Source: Gaiellales bacterium (GTDB lineage: Bacteria > Actinomycetota > Thermoleophilia > Gaiellales > JAICJC01). Taken from it: a stretch of 46,366 nt of DNA. Of this stretch, positions 8,641 through 17,168 are shown in pieces (position 1 is the first letter of the stretch; each line of letters begins with the position of its first letter). The stretch is taken from contig DASXZF010000272.1 of the NCBI GenBank assembly GCA_036502065.1, forward strand, positions 1 through 46,366, written 5' to 3'. Below the pieces are notes generated by a model. That model was not told where the DNA came from. It did not search any database and was given only the letters and a program-made list of their open reading frames with translations. A program made the translations under genes and the position numbers.

Positions 8641-9144
8641 CTACGTGAGCGTCGCGAGGTAGTCCTCGAGGTTGTCGTAGCTGCCCTGGATGCCGTCTGC
8701 CGCATGCACACCGTCCGCAGCGGCCCAGAGCGTCGCGTCGCGCGTCGCCTGGTCCTTGAAGGCGAGCACGTTCCTCATCGTCGTGACGCCGCCCTGCTCG
8801 TGGAGCTCCACCGTCTCGACGGCCTCGTCGTCCGGCCTGCCCTCGAACACCCAGGTCTCCACCGTCCGCGTGGGGCGCTCGATCTCGATGAACGTGCCGT
8901 GGAAGGCGCACCTCGTGCCGTCGGCGAAGACGCCCACGTAGCGGTAGTCCCCGCCCACGCGGAGGTCGATGTCACAGACCTCGAGATCCTGATCCCCGTC
9001 CGTGAACCAGACGCGCACGTGCTCGGGCTTCGTCAGCACGTCGAAGAGCAGCTCGGCGGGTGCGTCGAACTTCCGGGTGACCAGGACTTCACGTTCGCTC
9101 GGAAGCGCGACCGTGGCCGAGCCATGTCGTCGTGTGAGAGTCAT
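8641..9144 (-). CDS. SRPBCC/AHSA1 (Aha1-like) domain protein
   Basis: REVLVTRKFDAPAELLFDVLTKPEHVRVWF...GGDYRYV...FHGTFIEIERPTR. The ATG at 9144 overlaps the stop of the upstream ArsR gene (ATGA at 9141-9144), the classic ArsR-AHSA1 pair. Confidence 0.8.
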   Translation of the reverse strand: MTLTRRHGSATVALPSEREVLVTRKFDAPAELLFDVLTKPEHVRVWFTDGDQDLEVCDIDLRVGGDYRYVGVFADGTRCAFHGTFIEIERPTRTVETWVFEGRPDDEAVETVELHEQGGVTTMRNVLAFKDQATRDATLWAAADGVHAADGIQGSYDNLEDYLATLT

Positions 9145-9479
9145 TCCGCGTCCTTTCGTTGGAGGTCGCCGAGGTAGTCGTCCAGCCGGTCGAGCCGCGC
9201 GTTCCAGTGCCGCTCGTACTTCTCCATCCAGTCGTGCAGGGGCCGCAGACGCTCGTGGTCGACTCGATAGAGGCGGCGGCGTCCGTCGGCACGACACTTG
9301 ACGAGGCCGGCGTCGCTCAGCACCCGCAGATGCTTGGACACCTGCGCCTGGGTGAGCCGCAGGGCGTCGACGAGCTCGCCGACGGGCCGCTCCCCCGGCA
9401 TCAACGCGTCCAGGATCTCGCGTCGGTGGGTCTCGGAGATCGCGTTGAAGACGTCAGAGGCGGCGGCGGCGCGGGCCAT
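9141..9479 (-). CDS. ArsR/SmtB-family transcriptional regulator
   Basis: FNAISETHRREILDALMPGERPVGELVDALRLTQAQVSKHLRVLSDAGLV; 112 aa. Confidence 0.85.
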   Translation of the reverse strand: MARAAAASDVFNAISETHRREILDALMPGERPVGELVDALRLTQAQVSKHLRVLSDAGLVKCRADGRRRLYRVDHERLRPLHDWMEKYERHWNARLDRLDDYLGDLQRKDAE

Positions 9480-9489
9480 GCCCTCATTA

Positions 9490-9517
9490 TATTCCGATAT
9501 AGGAATACGTCAATTCC
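9490..9517. promoter_or_regulatory. operator-like array of three ATTCC/GGAAT half-sites at 11-bp spacing in a divergent promoter
   Basis: TATTCC (9490-9495), 6 nt, GGAATA (9502-9507), and GGAAT (9502-9506), 6 nt, ATTCC (9513-9517). The array lies in the 45-bp AT-rich gap between the ArsR ATG (9479) and the methyltransferase ATG (9525). Confidence 0.45.
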
Positions 9518-9524
9518 CGCCGCA

Positions 9525-10391
9525 ATGGAGACGGATAGGATCCCGAACTTGGCGAACGGCGATGAGATCCGAGACGCTCAGCGAGCGACGTGGGCCGGGC
9601 TTTCCGCAGGCTGGGGGAAGTGGGACTCGGTCATCATGAAACAGCTTGGCCCGGTCGGCGCGGCGATGATCGAGCGTCTCGAGATCGCCGATGCTCAGCA
9701 GCATCTCGACATCGCCGCGGGCACCGGCGAGCCGGGGCTCACGGTCGCCGGGCTCGCACCGAGGGGACACGTCGTTCTGACCGACCTCGCGGCGGAGATG
9801 CTCGCTATCGCGACGCGGCGAGCGCACGCACAAGGGATCACGAATTTCGAGACGAACGTCTGCAGCGCCGACGACCTCCCGTTCGGCGACGCGACGTTCG
9901 ACAGCGTCTCGGTGCGGTTCGGATACATGTTCTTTCCCGACGTCGCCAGAGCGACCGCCGAGTTCGCGCGGGTGCTCAAGCCCGGTGGACGCCTGTGCTC
10001 GTCGGTCTGGATCAAGCCCGAGGAAAACCCGTGGACGACCATCGCAATGCAGGCAATCGCTGCGGAGGCGGTGATCGCGCCACCCGACCCGGACGGGCCG
10101 AACATGTTCCGGTGTGCTGCCCCGGGGTACGTCAGCGCCCTGTACCAGGCTGCGGGACTGCGCGACGTCGCCGAGTGGAACGTCCCAGTCGAGCTCGTGA
10201 CGGAGTCGCCCGCGCAGTATTGGGAGATGATCAGCGAGCACGTCTCGCTCGCGGTCGCCGCGCTTGCGCACGTCGACGAACCGGCCCGGGAGCGGATCGC
10301 GAACGCCGTCATCGCCAGGGTCAGCACCTATGAGAAAGACGGCCGGGTACGGGTCCCCGGCCTGGCGCGCTGCATCGTCGGCACGAGGTAG
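9525..10391 (+). CDS. class I SAM-dependent methyltransferase
   Basis: The SAM motif I is LDIAAGTGEPG, with VLKPGGRL further on. The ATG at 9525 was chosen because the upstream part of the 9159 ORF is antisense to the ArsR gene. Confidence 0.8.
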   Translation: METDRIPNLANGDEIRDAQRATWAGLSAGWGKWDSVIMKQLGPVGAAMIERLEIADAQQHLDIAAGTGEPGLTVAGLAPRGHVVLTDLAAEMLAIATRRAHAQGITNFETNVCSADDLPFGDATFDSVSVRFGYMFFPDVARATAEFARVLKPGGRLCSSVWIKPEENPWTTIAMQAIAAEAVIAPPDPDGPNMFRCAAPGYVSALYQAAGLRDVAEWNVPVELVTESPAQYWEMISEHVSLAVAALAHVDEPARERIANAVIARVSTYEKDGRVRVPGLARCIVGTR

Positions 10392-10449
10392 GCGGCAACC
10401 CCGATCGCCCCGGACGGCAGCAGGTGAAGACGCCTCACGCTCGACCGGC

Positions 10450-10821
10450 TCAGCTCATGCGGCTGCGCGGCGGGGGTTCCGGCCCGAAACGGTTCGGCCC
10501 CCGGGTTCCTGCACCGGCGAGGAAGACGATCAGAGTGATCCCGCCGATGATCGGGATCAGGCTGATCAGGATCCACCAGCCCGACCGGTTCGTGTCGTGC
10601 AGGCGGCGGATCTCAACGCCGAGCACCGGCAGCAGCGTGACCAGTCCGTACAGAACGGCCAGGATCTGCCCCCCGCTGACCCCTCCGATCAGCGCGATGC
10701 CGATCACCCAGAGCACCAGGCTGACGATCACGTTGATGAGCGCGAACCACCAGAACTCAGGTCGGTCCGCGCGGCCGTCAAAGTCCGTGTAGCGGCGAAT
10801 CACATCGGTGTACCAGTGCAC
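10450..10821 (-). CDS. DUF805 family inner-membrane protein
   Basis: YTDFDGRADRPEFWWFALINVIV, RRLHDTNRSGWW, and three TM segments. Confidence 0.75.
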   Translation of the reverse strand: MHWYTDVIRRYTDFDGRADRPEFWWFALINVIVSLVLWVIGIALIGGVSGGQILAVLYGLVTLLPVLGVEIRRLHDTNRSGWWILISLIPIIGGITLIVFLAGAGTRGPNRFGPEPPPRSRMS

Positions 10822-10856
10822 GCTCGACCTCCTTCGCAGCTCCGGGCACGGTCAGC

Positions 10857-12248
10857 TTACCCCTGAATGTGGCGCGTGACCTGGTCGCGAGTGCGTCCTT
10901 GCTGGTCGATGAATCGGTAGTGGATCGTGCTGTTGTGGATGTCGATCCGCAGGAAGCCGTAGGCGAGGAACGAGACGATGGCGTCGGGTGTCGGCTCCGT
11001 GAAACCGGCTGCCCCCGGCCCCTCGCCGCCGGTGCCGAGCGTGAACTGAAGGATGCCCGCGCGCTCATGGCGTTCGTAGCGGTGAAGGTGACCGGCCAGG
11101 ATCGCCGCGACGTGGCGCTGCCGGAGCAGCGGCATGATCGGGTTGTCAGCGTCGATCGGCCGGTGGGTGAGGACGAACCGCACCGGGCACGCGCCGTCGC
11201 AACGGCCCAGCGTCGCTCTGGCATAGGCGAGCGCCGAGGCGTCGGCCTGCAGGCCGAGCACCACGACCTGCACGGGGCCGTACTGCGCGGCGTAGTGGTG
11301 GCCCGGGAGATGGAGCGCCGAGATCACCGCTGATCCGTCGTTGTAGGCGAGGTCGTGCTCGCCCAGCGCGACCACGGGGGCGGCCTCGCTCAGCAGGCTG
11401 CGAAGCGGATCGAATATCGCGCGGTTGAGGAACGGCGGCGCGGCGAGCAGGTACGCGTTGTCGCCTGCGGAGAGGAAGAGGTCTGGATCCTGCGCCGCGG
11501 CCAGCCGGCCGACGGCGTACTCGTGGGAGTTGCCCGAGCCGTAGTCGCCGAACGACACCAGTGTGATCGGCGTGCTGGTGCTCGTCGGCGCCGTGTTGAA
11601 GGAGCCGGCGGCGGCCGAATGCCCGGCGATGTTCGCCGTCCACACGTACCGCGTGGCCGGGGTGAGCCCGGCGAAGCGGCCCGAGCGGGAAGTCCGGGCT
11701 GTCCCGTTCGGGGCGACCACGACGATCGTCGGACGCCCCTGTCCAGCCTTCAGCTGCCATGCGATGTTTGCCTTGGTGGTGGTGATGAGTGTCAGGTACG
11801 GGCCGCGCGTGAAGGCCGAGGTGGGCGGGCGCAGGAGGTACGTCGCGCCGTACCAGACCAACGCTGCGACGGCGATCAGCAAGACCGATGTGGTGATCAC
11901 AAGCGCCGCCACCACCCGATGTACGGGCCGTGCGCGGCGCGGCGAGCGCCTGCCTCGAACGAGCGGGACGAGCTGTAGCGCGACAATCACGGCGACCGCG
12001 GCGCCGTGGCCAACGGTGCCGGGGAGCGCCAGGAAGGTGAACGGTGCGATGATCGAAAGCGCGGAGCACACCCACTCGACCCGGCTGCGCGGCTTCACCA
12101 GGTCGGCGCTCAGACAGGCGATGGCGGCGATCACTCCCACGAGGACGGCCGGGAGCAGTGCCACGTCGCCCACGATCGGATCGGAGATCATCGTTGCGAG
12201 CAGCAGCACAAACGCATCGACGATCAGAAACAGTCGTAGCCCGACCAC
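10857..12248 (-). CDS. membrane-anchored metallophosphoesterase (purple-acid-phosphatase-like)
   Basis: The N-terminal region has about 4 TM segments. It is followed by an FN3-like PAP N-domain (ANIAWQL...RYVW) and the metallophosphoesterase motifs GDYG, GDNAY, GEHD and GHLHRYER. GTG start. Confidence 0.8.
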   Translation of the reverse strand: MVGLRLFLIVDAFVLLLATMISDPIVGDVALLPAVLVGVIAAIACLSADLVKPRSRVEWVCSALSIIAPFTFLALPGTVGHGAAVAVIVALQLVPLVRGRRSPRRARPVHRVVAALVITTSVLLIAVAALVWYGATYLLRPPTSAFTRGPYLTLITTTKANIAWQLKAGQGRPTIVVVAPNGTARTSRSGRFAGLTPATRYVWTANIAGHSAAAGSFNTAPTSTSTPITLVSFGDYGSGNSHEYAVGRLAAAQDPDLFLSAGDNAYLLAAPPFLNRAIFDPLRSLLSEAAPVVALGEHDLAYNDGSAVISALHLPGHHYAAQYGPVQVVVLGLQADASALAYARATLGRCDGACPVRFVLTHRPIDADNPIMPLLRQRHVAAILAGHLHRYERHERAGILQFTLGTGGEGPGAAGFTEPTPDAIVSFLAYGFLRIDIHNSTIHYRFIDQQGRTRDQVTRHIQG

Positions 12249-12299
12249 GCCTAGCCCGGACCGGACGTGTCGCTGGGCTCGCTCGTCTGAGCGATTGCC

Positions 12300-12325
12300 C
12301 CGAGCCGCGTCATGACGCGGCTCGG
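12300..12325. repeat. perfect 26-bp palindrome CCGAGCCGCGTCA|TGACGCGGCTCGG in a divergent intergenic region
   Basis: Read directly: 13-bp arms with no spacer. It sits 52 bp upstream of the metallophosphoesterase start and 173 bp upstream of the 12498 ATG. Function is unknown. Confidence 0.8.
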
Positions 12326-12497
12326 TCGCGCTCGGCCGCTCCCCGAAGAGCCCGCTCGACGATGGTCGCTCGGCTGCGGCGCCGAGACGACGGCTCTGCG
12401 CAAAGAGGAGAATCCATCATTCCAGGCTAGCTTTGCCGGGAACGCCCGTGGGTGGATCGCCAACGACCTTCTCACGCGGCCCGGTTAGCGTCGTGCG

Positions 12498-13688
12498 ATG
12501 GGAGCGTCCGGCGGAACCGGACAGCGGGCCTCTTTTGCTCGGCGCCGTCGGAGCCGGCGCCGGCGCCGTGTCCGTCGTGGGATGCTCCTCGCCTTCGTCG
12601 TCGCGCTCTCCCCCGCCGTCTACTCGTACGCGACCACGATGCTGCAGCCGTCGAGCCTGCCGCTCTGGCCCCGCAGCGTCGAGTGGCTGCGGGCGCACCA
12701 CGGCAACTGGCTCGTCGACGAGGCCGAGCACTACTACTACAGCTGGCAGGCGCCCTCCCCGGGCGGGCCGCAGCTGAGGTCGCTGCCGACGGTCGGCGTC
12801 GACACCCCTCCGCCGCAGACGACGGGCACGACGCTCTCGTCATACGTGCCGCCGCCGATCCCACCCGTCTTCGCCGAGCCGCTGCCGGGCGAAGGCGTGT
12901 GGCGCGGGACCGGGCCGGTCGTGCACGGCCGCCCGCCCGTGCTCGTGACGACGTTCCGGAGCGAGGTCGCCTATCCCCGCATCGTCGCCTACGTCGCCTG
13001 GTTCGACCACACGCGCACGTCACTGGCCTGGTACCCGGGCCGCTACGAGCCGCCGAACGCCCCCGTGCGCGGGCCGATGTCGATCCCCTCCGCCGAGCGC
13101 TGGCGCCTGTACGCGACGTTCAACGGCGGCTTCATCTATTCCGACGGCAACAACGGGTCGTCGATCGGCGGACGGATGTACGAGCCCCTGAAGGCCGGCC
13201 TGGCGACGATGATCGCCTACCGGGACGGACGCGTCGACGTCCGCACCTGGCGCGGCGGACGCGTCGCCGGGCCGCAGATCGCCTTCGCCCGCCAGAGCCT
13301 GCCGCTGATCGTCGACCACGGGCGCCTGAACCCCGCGCTGAACGACAGCTCGCAGTGGGGCTTCACGCTCGGAAACGCTGTCCGCGTCTGGCGCACCGGG
13401 GCGGGGATCGACAGGCACGGCAATCTGATCTATGCGGCGGCGGACTACCAGACCGTCTCGACGCTCGCGATGATCCTCAAGCGGGCCGGGGCGGTGCGGG
13501 CGATGCAGCTCGACATCAACCCGGAGTGGCCGACGCTCATCACCTACACCCACCACGGCGGCCTCGATCCAGTGCGGGTGGTGCCGAACTACCAGCAGCC
13601 GCCGACCCGCTACCTCGTCCCCGACGACCGCGACTTCTTCGCCGTCTACCGGCGGATGCCGGGCTCGGTCACCGTGCCGTTCAACTGA
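12498..13688 (+). CDS. phosphodiester glycosidase (DUF2233/NAGPA-like) family protein with N-terminal membrane anchor
   Basis: An Arg-rich N-terminus is followed by a TM segment (MLLAFVVALSPAVYSY). The C-terminal part TFNGGFIYSDGNNGS...GIDRHGNLIYAAADYQTVSTLAMILKRAGAVRAMQLDINPEW resembles the actinobacterial branch of this family. Confidence 0.6.
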   Translation: MGASGGTGQRASFARRRRSRRRRRVRRGMLLAFVVALSPAVYSYATTMLQPSSLPLWPRSVEWLRAHHGNWLVDEAEHYYYSWQAPSPGGPQLRSLPTVGVDTPPPQTTGTTLSSYVPPPIPPVFAEPLPGEGVWRGTGPVVHGRPPVLVTTFRSEVAYPRIVAYVAWFDHTRTSLAWYPGRYEPPNAPVRGPMSIPSAERWRLYATFNGGFIYSDGNNGSSIGGRMYEPLKAGLATMIAYRDGRVDVRTWRGGRVAGPQIAFARQSLPLIVDHGRLNPALNDSSQWGFTLGNAVRVWRTGAGIDRHGNLIYAAADYQTVSTLAMILKRAGAVRAMQLDINPEWPTLITYTHHGGLDPVRVVPNYQQPPTRYLVPDDRDFFAVYRRMPGSVTVPFN

Positions 13689-13742
13689 TTCAGCAAGGAA
13701 TCGACGCGACGGGCGCGAACTCCCCACGATGAGGTTTACCGA

Positions 13743-14162
13743 GTGAGCACGACGCCACCCTCCGCCCCACCCCCGCCGCGCCCGCAGCACCCCGCGACGA
13801 GCACCAGCCGCGACGAGCACCGCTCGGCCCTCTGGCGCGGCCTGTTCTTCATGGTCGCGCTCATCCTGATCCTGATCACGGTGTGGCACGTCGCCGACCA
13901 GGTCACCAAGCGCCGGGCCGAGGAGTCCTTCGCCGGCGGCCAGATCCGCCTTCGCATCGCCAAGCTCCACACTCGCGCCGGCCTCACCGCGGCCCAGGAT
14001 CGGCTCGCCACGGCACAGGCGTCGCGCGACACCTCCATCATCGTGGCCGGCATCGGCTCGGCCCACGCGCTCGCCGGCAGTGGATCGAAGCGGCTCGACG
14101 CGATCCTCACCGCGGTCACGGCTGCGATCTCGCGCGACCTCTCCGCAGCCCCGTCGCCGTAG
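13743..14162 (+). CDS. hypothetical membrane-anchored protein
   Basis: GTG start. It has a Pro-rich N-terminus, one TM segment (LFFMVALILILITVW) and an Ala-rich helical tail. Codon usage is consistent with coding, and I recognise no family. Confidence 0.4.
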   Translation: MSTTPPSAPPPPRPQHPATSTSRDEHRSALWRGLFFMVALILILITVWHVADQVTKRRAEESFAGGQIRLRIAKLHTRAGLTAAQDRLATAQASRDTSIIVAGIGSAHALAGSGSKRLDAILTAVTAAISRDLSAAPSP

Positions 14163-14171
14163 CGCTCGCGC

Positions 14172-14660
14172 CTACCCTGCGCCACCCCGGTCATAGATCG
14201 CGCCGAGGCGCTCGAGATCGGCGGCTGTGAGGCCGGCGAAGAGGAGCTCGCGGACGCAGGCGTGGTGGGTGACCTGCGCCTCGCGCAGCCGCGTCAGCCC
14301 GAGCGGCGTCAGACGCACGATGAAGCTGCGCAGGTCTTCGGCGTCCTGATCGCGCTCGACCAGGCGCTCGCCGGCGAGCCGGCCGACCGCGCGGGTCATG
14401 CCGCTGGGGCTGGTGAGCACGCGTTCGGCGAGGTCGGTCATCCGCAGCTGCCTGGCCGGGTCGGTGACGAGCGTGATGAGCACGCCGTAGTGGAGCAGCG
14501 TCAGGCCGTGGGCGCGCTCGAGCCGCCGGTTGAGCTCGTCGACCACGGTGCGGTGGGTGCGCAGAAAGCCGCGCCAGACGCGGAACTCGTCTTCGCTGAA
14601 GGCGTCCGGCTCCCGCGGCTCGATCGGCGTCTGGCCCAACCTTGACCGAGCTCCTTTCAC
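14172..14660 (-). CDS. MarR-family transcriptional regulator
   Basis: The winged HTH reads LTLLHYGVLITLVTDPARQLRMTDLAERVLTSPSGMTRAVGRLAGERLVERDQDAEDLRSFIVRLTPLG. The GTG at 14660 was chosen; the longer ORF would run through the operator region. Confidence 0.8.
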   Translation of the reverse strand: MKGARSRLGQTPIEPREPDAFSEDEFRVWRGFLRTHRTVVDELNRRLERAHGLTLLHYGVLITLVTDPARQLRMTDLAERVLTSPSGMTRAVGRLAGERLVERDQDAEDLRSFIVRLTPLGLTRLREAQVTHHACVRELLFAGLTAADLERLGAIYDRGGAG

Positions 14661-14662
14661 GT

Positions 14663-14695
14663 GGTAGAAAGTATTTTCTACCGGAAGAAAATACC
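14663..14695. promoter_or_regulatory. MarR operator-like palindrome plus adjacent half-repeat
   Basis: GGTAGAAA-GTAT-TTTCTACC (14663-14682) is a perfect 8-4-8 inverted repeat. It is immediately followed by GGAAGAAAATACC (14683-14695), which repeats the left arm. It lies between the marR start and the cupin ATG at 14730. Confidence 0.5.
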
Positions 14696-14729
14696 TGGCC
14701 GTGCCCCTCGATGCAACAAAGGAGTGCCA

Positions 14730-15212
14730 ATGCAGCCGCATACGACCCTCGCCACACATCGTGTGCTGCGACCGGACGAGGGCCTGCGCCTCCAGTCAGG
14801 CCCCGGGCGCGACCTCGTCTTCAAGGTCACCGGCGAGGACACCGGTGGCGCGTTTGACTACTTCATCGTCGAGGTCGCTCCGAACGGCGGCCCGCCCCTG
14901 CACGTGCACCACGCGCAGGAGGAGGCGATCCACGTCCTCTCCGGCCGGTACAAGGTCCAGATCGGCGATGACGTCTTCCGCCTCGACGAGGGCTGCTTCG
15001 CGTATCTCCCGTCAGGCGTCCCCCACACCTTCCTCAATCTGACCGACGAACCGGGCCAGATCGTCGTCGTCTACACCCCGGGCGGCGGCCACAAGTTCTA
15101 CGAGGAGCTGGGACCGCTCACACGCAACGGCACGCCCGACCGGGCCACGGTTGCCGCGCTCTTCGAGAAGTACGACATGACCCTGCTCGGCCCACCGCTC
15201 AGCGCCGACTGA
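14730..15212 (+). CDS. cupin domain protein
   Basis: The ATG at 14730 is preceded by AAAGGAG. Motifs are GGPPLHVHHAQEEAIHVLSGRY and YLPSGVPHTF. It is divergent from marR. Confidence 0.75.
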   Translation: MQPHTTLATHRVLRPDEGLRLQSGPGRDLVFKVTGEDTGGAFDYFIVEVAPNGGPPLHVHHAQEEAIHVLSGRYKVQIGDDVFRLDEGCFAYLPSGVPHTFLNLTDEPGQIVVVYTPGGGHKFYEELGPLTRNGTPDRATVAALFEKYDMTLLGPPLSAD

Positions 15213-15275
15213 CCGAGGAGCCTGTCTGGCAGGCGCTGATTCACAATTCGCCGCGATTCGTCGATTAGCAGGGGG

Positions 15276-17051
15276 ATGTGCCCGGACACCCCTGAGGCTC
15301 CAAAACCCACCGCCGTCGACCAGGCCCTGGCCGGCGCGATCGCGACCAGCGACGTGCTGCGGCGCGTCGCCGGCACGACGTCGCTGCACCTGTACGAGCT
15401 GCGCTACGCCGCGGACGGGTCGTACGAGTGCACCGCGTTCATCGGCGAGGGGCTCGAGAGCCTGCTCGGGCCGCTGCCTCCGGAGCTTGACGAGGAGCAG
15501 GCCTGGGAGGCCGCCGTGCACCCTGACGACCAGGAGCGCTACGACGCGTTCTCGCTGGCGTGCCAGCAGGCCGAGCCGTCGGAGGTCGAGTACCGGCTCG
15601 TCGGGTATGACGGTGTCGTTCGGTGGGTGTGGGAGCGCGCGCGACCTCGCGTCGAGCAGGGCGTCGTGTACGTCGACGGCATCGTCGCCGACGTCAGCGA
15701 GCGCCGCCGCGCCGCGGATGAGCTCGCCGCCGCCAAGGAGCGCCTCGAACATCTGGCCTATCACGACAGCCTGACCGGACTCCCCAACCGGTTGTTCTTC
15801 CACGAGCGGCTCGAGGCGGCCGTCGCGGACGCCGCGCGCGACGGCAAGGGGATCGCGGTCCTGTTCGTCGATCTCGATGACTTCAAGCTCGTGAACGACA
15901 GGTTCGGACATGTCACGGGCGACCACCTGCTGACCCACGTCGCCGAGCGGCTGCGCGCGTCGTGCCGGCGCGAGGACGTCGTCGCGCGCCAGGGCGGCGA
16001 CGAGTTCCTCATCCTCGTCCACGAGTCCGGCTCGTCGCGCTCGGCCAAGGAGGCGGCCGAGGCCGTCGCCACGACCGTGCGCGAGACGCTCGCGAGCGCG
16101 TTCCAGGTCGGCGACACGAGCGTCTATGTGACGCCCAGCATCGGTGTCAGCCTGTTCCCGAACGACGGCGAGAACGCCGAGACGCTGCTCAAGCACGCCG
16201 ACGTCGCCCTCTACGCAGCCAAGGAGGCCGGGCGCGACAACCACCGCTACTACCGCCGGCCGCAGCGGGACTCGGGAGAGGAGCTCGTCGTCGCCTCACA
16301 GCTCCGAGACGCGCTGCACCGCGACGAGCTCACCCTCCACTACCAGCCGCTCGTCGACCTCGCACAGTCGTGCGTCGTCGGCGCCGAAGCACTGATCCGA
16401 TGGAACCACCCCGAGCGGGGCCTGCTCGCCCCGGGCCTCTTCCTGCCGGCGGCCGAGCGCAGCGGGCTCATCCGCGACATGACCGCCTGGGTGATCGAAC
16501 GAGCATGTCTCCAGGCCAGGCGCTGGTGCGACCGGGACCTCGACCTGTACGTCTCGATCAATCTCCCGCCGAGCTCATGGAACCCGCTCGCGATCCGCCG
16601 CATGCTCGCCACCATCGACTCCTTCGGGCTCACCGCCGACCGGCTCATGATCGAGCTCACCGAGCACGCCGCCATGGGCGAGGCCGCGGAGCTCGACTCG
16701 ACGCTGGACGCGATCCATTCACACGGCCTGAAGCTCGCCATCGACGACTTCGGCACCGGATACTCATCGCTCGGACGGCTGCGGCGGCTCCGCCCCGACG
16801 TCCTCAAGATCGACCGCTCGTTCACCGCCGACCTGCCCGGCGACCGCGACGCCGCGATCCTCGTCGAGACCATGATCACCATGGCCAAGAAGCTCGACAT
16901 CACCTGCCTCGCCGAGGGCATCGAGACCGAAGCCCAGCTCGCCTTCCTGCGCACCAACAACTGCCCCCTGGGCCAGGGCTACCTCTACAGCAAGCCGCTT
17001 CCCTCCGTGGAGTTCGACGCCCTCATCACGGGCGAGCCGCGAGCCGCGTAG
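15276..17051 (+). CDS. PAS-GGDEF-EAL c-di-GMP turnover protein
   Basis: The N-terminus is PAS-like (VEYRLVGYDGVVRWVWERA). The GGDEF domain has an intact GGDEF and an RxxD I-site (RREDVVARQGGDEF). The EAL domain has EALIRW, DDFGTGYSSL, KIDRSF, EGIET and QGY. Confidence 0.9.
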   Translation: MCPDTPEAPKPTAVDQALAGAIATSDVLRRVAGTTSLHLYELRYAADGSYECTAFIGEGLESLLGPLPPELDEEQAWEAAVHPDDQERYDAFSLACQQAEPSEVEYRLVGYDGVVRWVWERARPRVEQGVVYVDGIVADVSERRRAADELAAAKERLEHLAYHDSLTGLPNRLFFHERLEAAVADAARDGKGIAVLFVDLDDFKLVNDRFGHVTGDHLLTHVAERLRASCRREDVVARQGGDEFLILVHESGSSRSAKEAAEAVATTVRETLASAFQVGDTSVYVTPSIGVSLFPNDGENAETLLKHADVALYAAKEAGRDNHRYYRRPQRDSGEELVVASQLRDALHRDELTLHYQPLVDLAQSCVVGAEALIRWNHPERGLLAPGLFLPAAERSGLIRDMTAWVIERACLQARRWCDRDLDLYVSINLPPSSWNPLAIRRMLATIDSFGLTADRLMIELTEHAAMGEAAELDSTLDAIHSHGLKLAIDDFGTGYSSLGRLRRLRPDVLKIDRSFTADLPGDRDAAILVETMITMAKKLDITCLAEGIETEAQLAFLRTNNCPLGQGYLYSKPLPSVEFDALITGEPRAA

Positions 17052-17168
17052 ACTCGTCCGCCAACCAAACGGAGCCGTGCGCGTCGTAGCGTTTGCGGCG
17101 GCTCGAGCGCGTCGAGGTCCCCTCCTGTGCGCCTCGAGCCGCCCCACCACCTCCGAGGGAGATGACCC

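Noticed and set aside
17100-17140. GGCTCGAG...CTCGAGCC inverted repeat after the GGDEF-EAL gene
   Set aside because: It has an 8-bp stem but a 25-nt loop and no U-tract. It is not convincing as a terminator or attenuator without folding-energy or conservation data.
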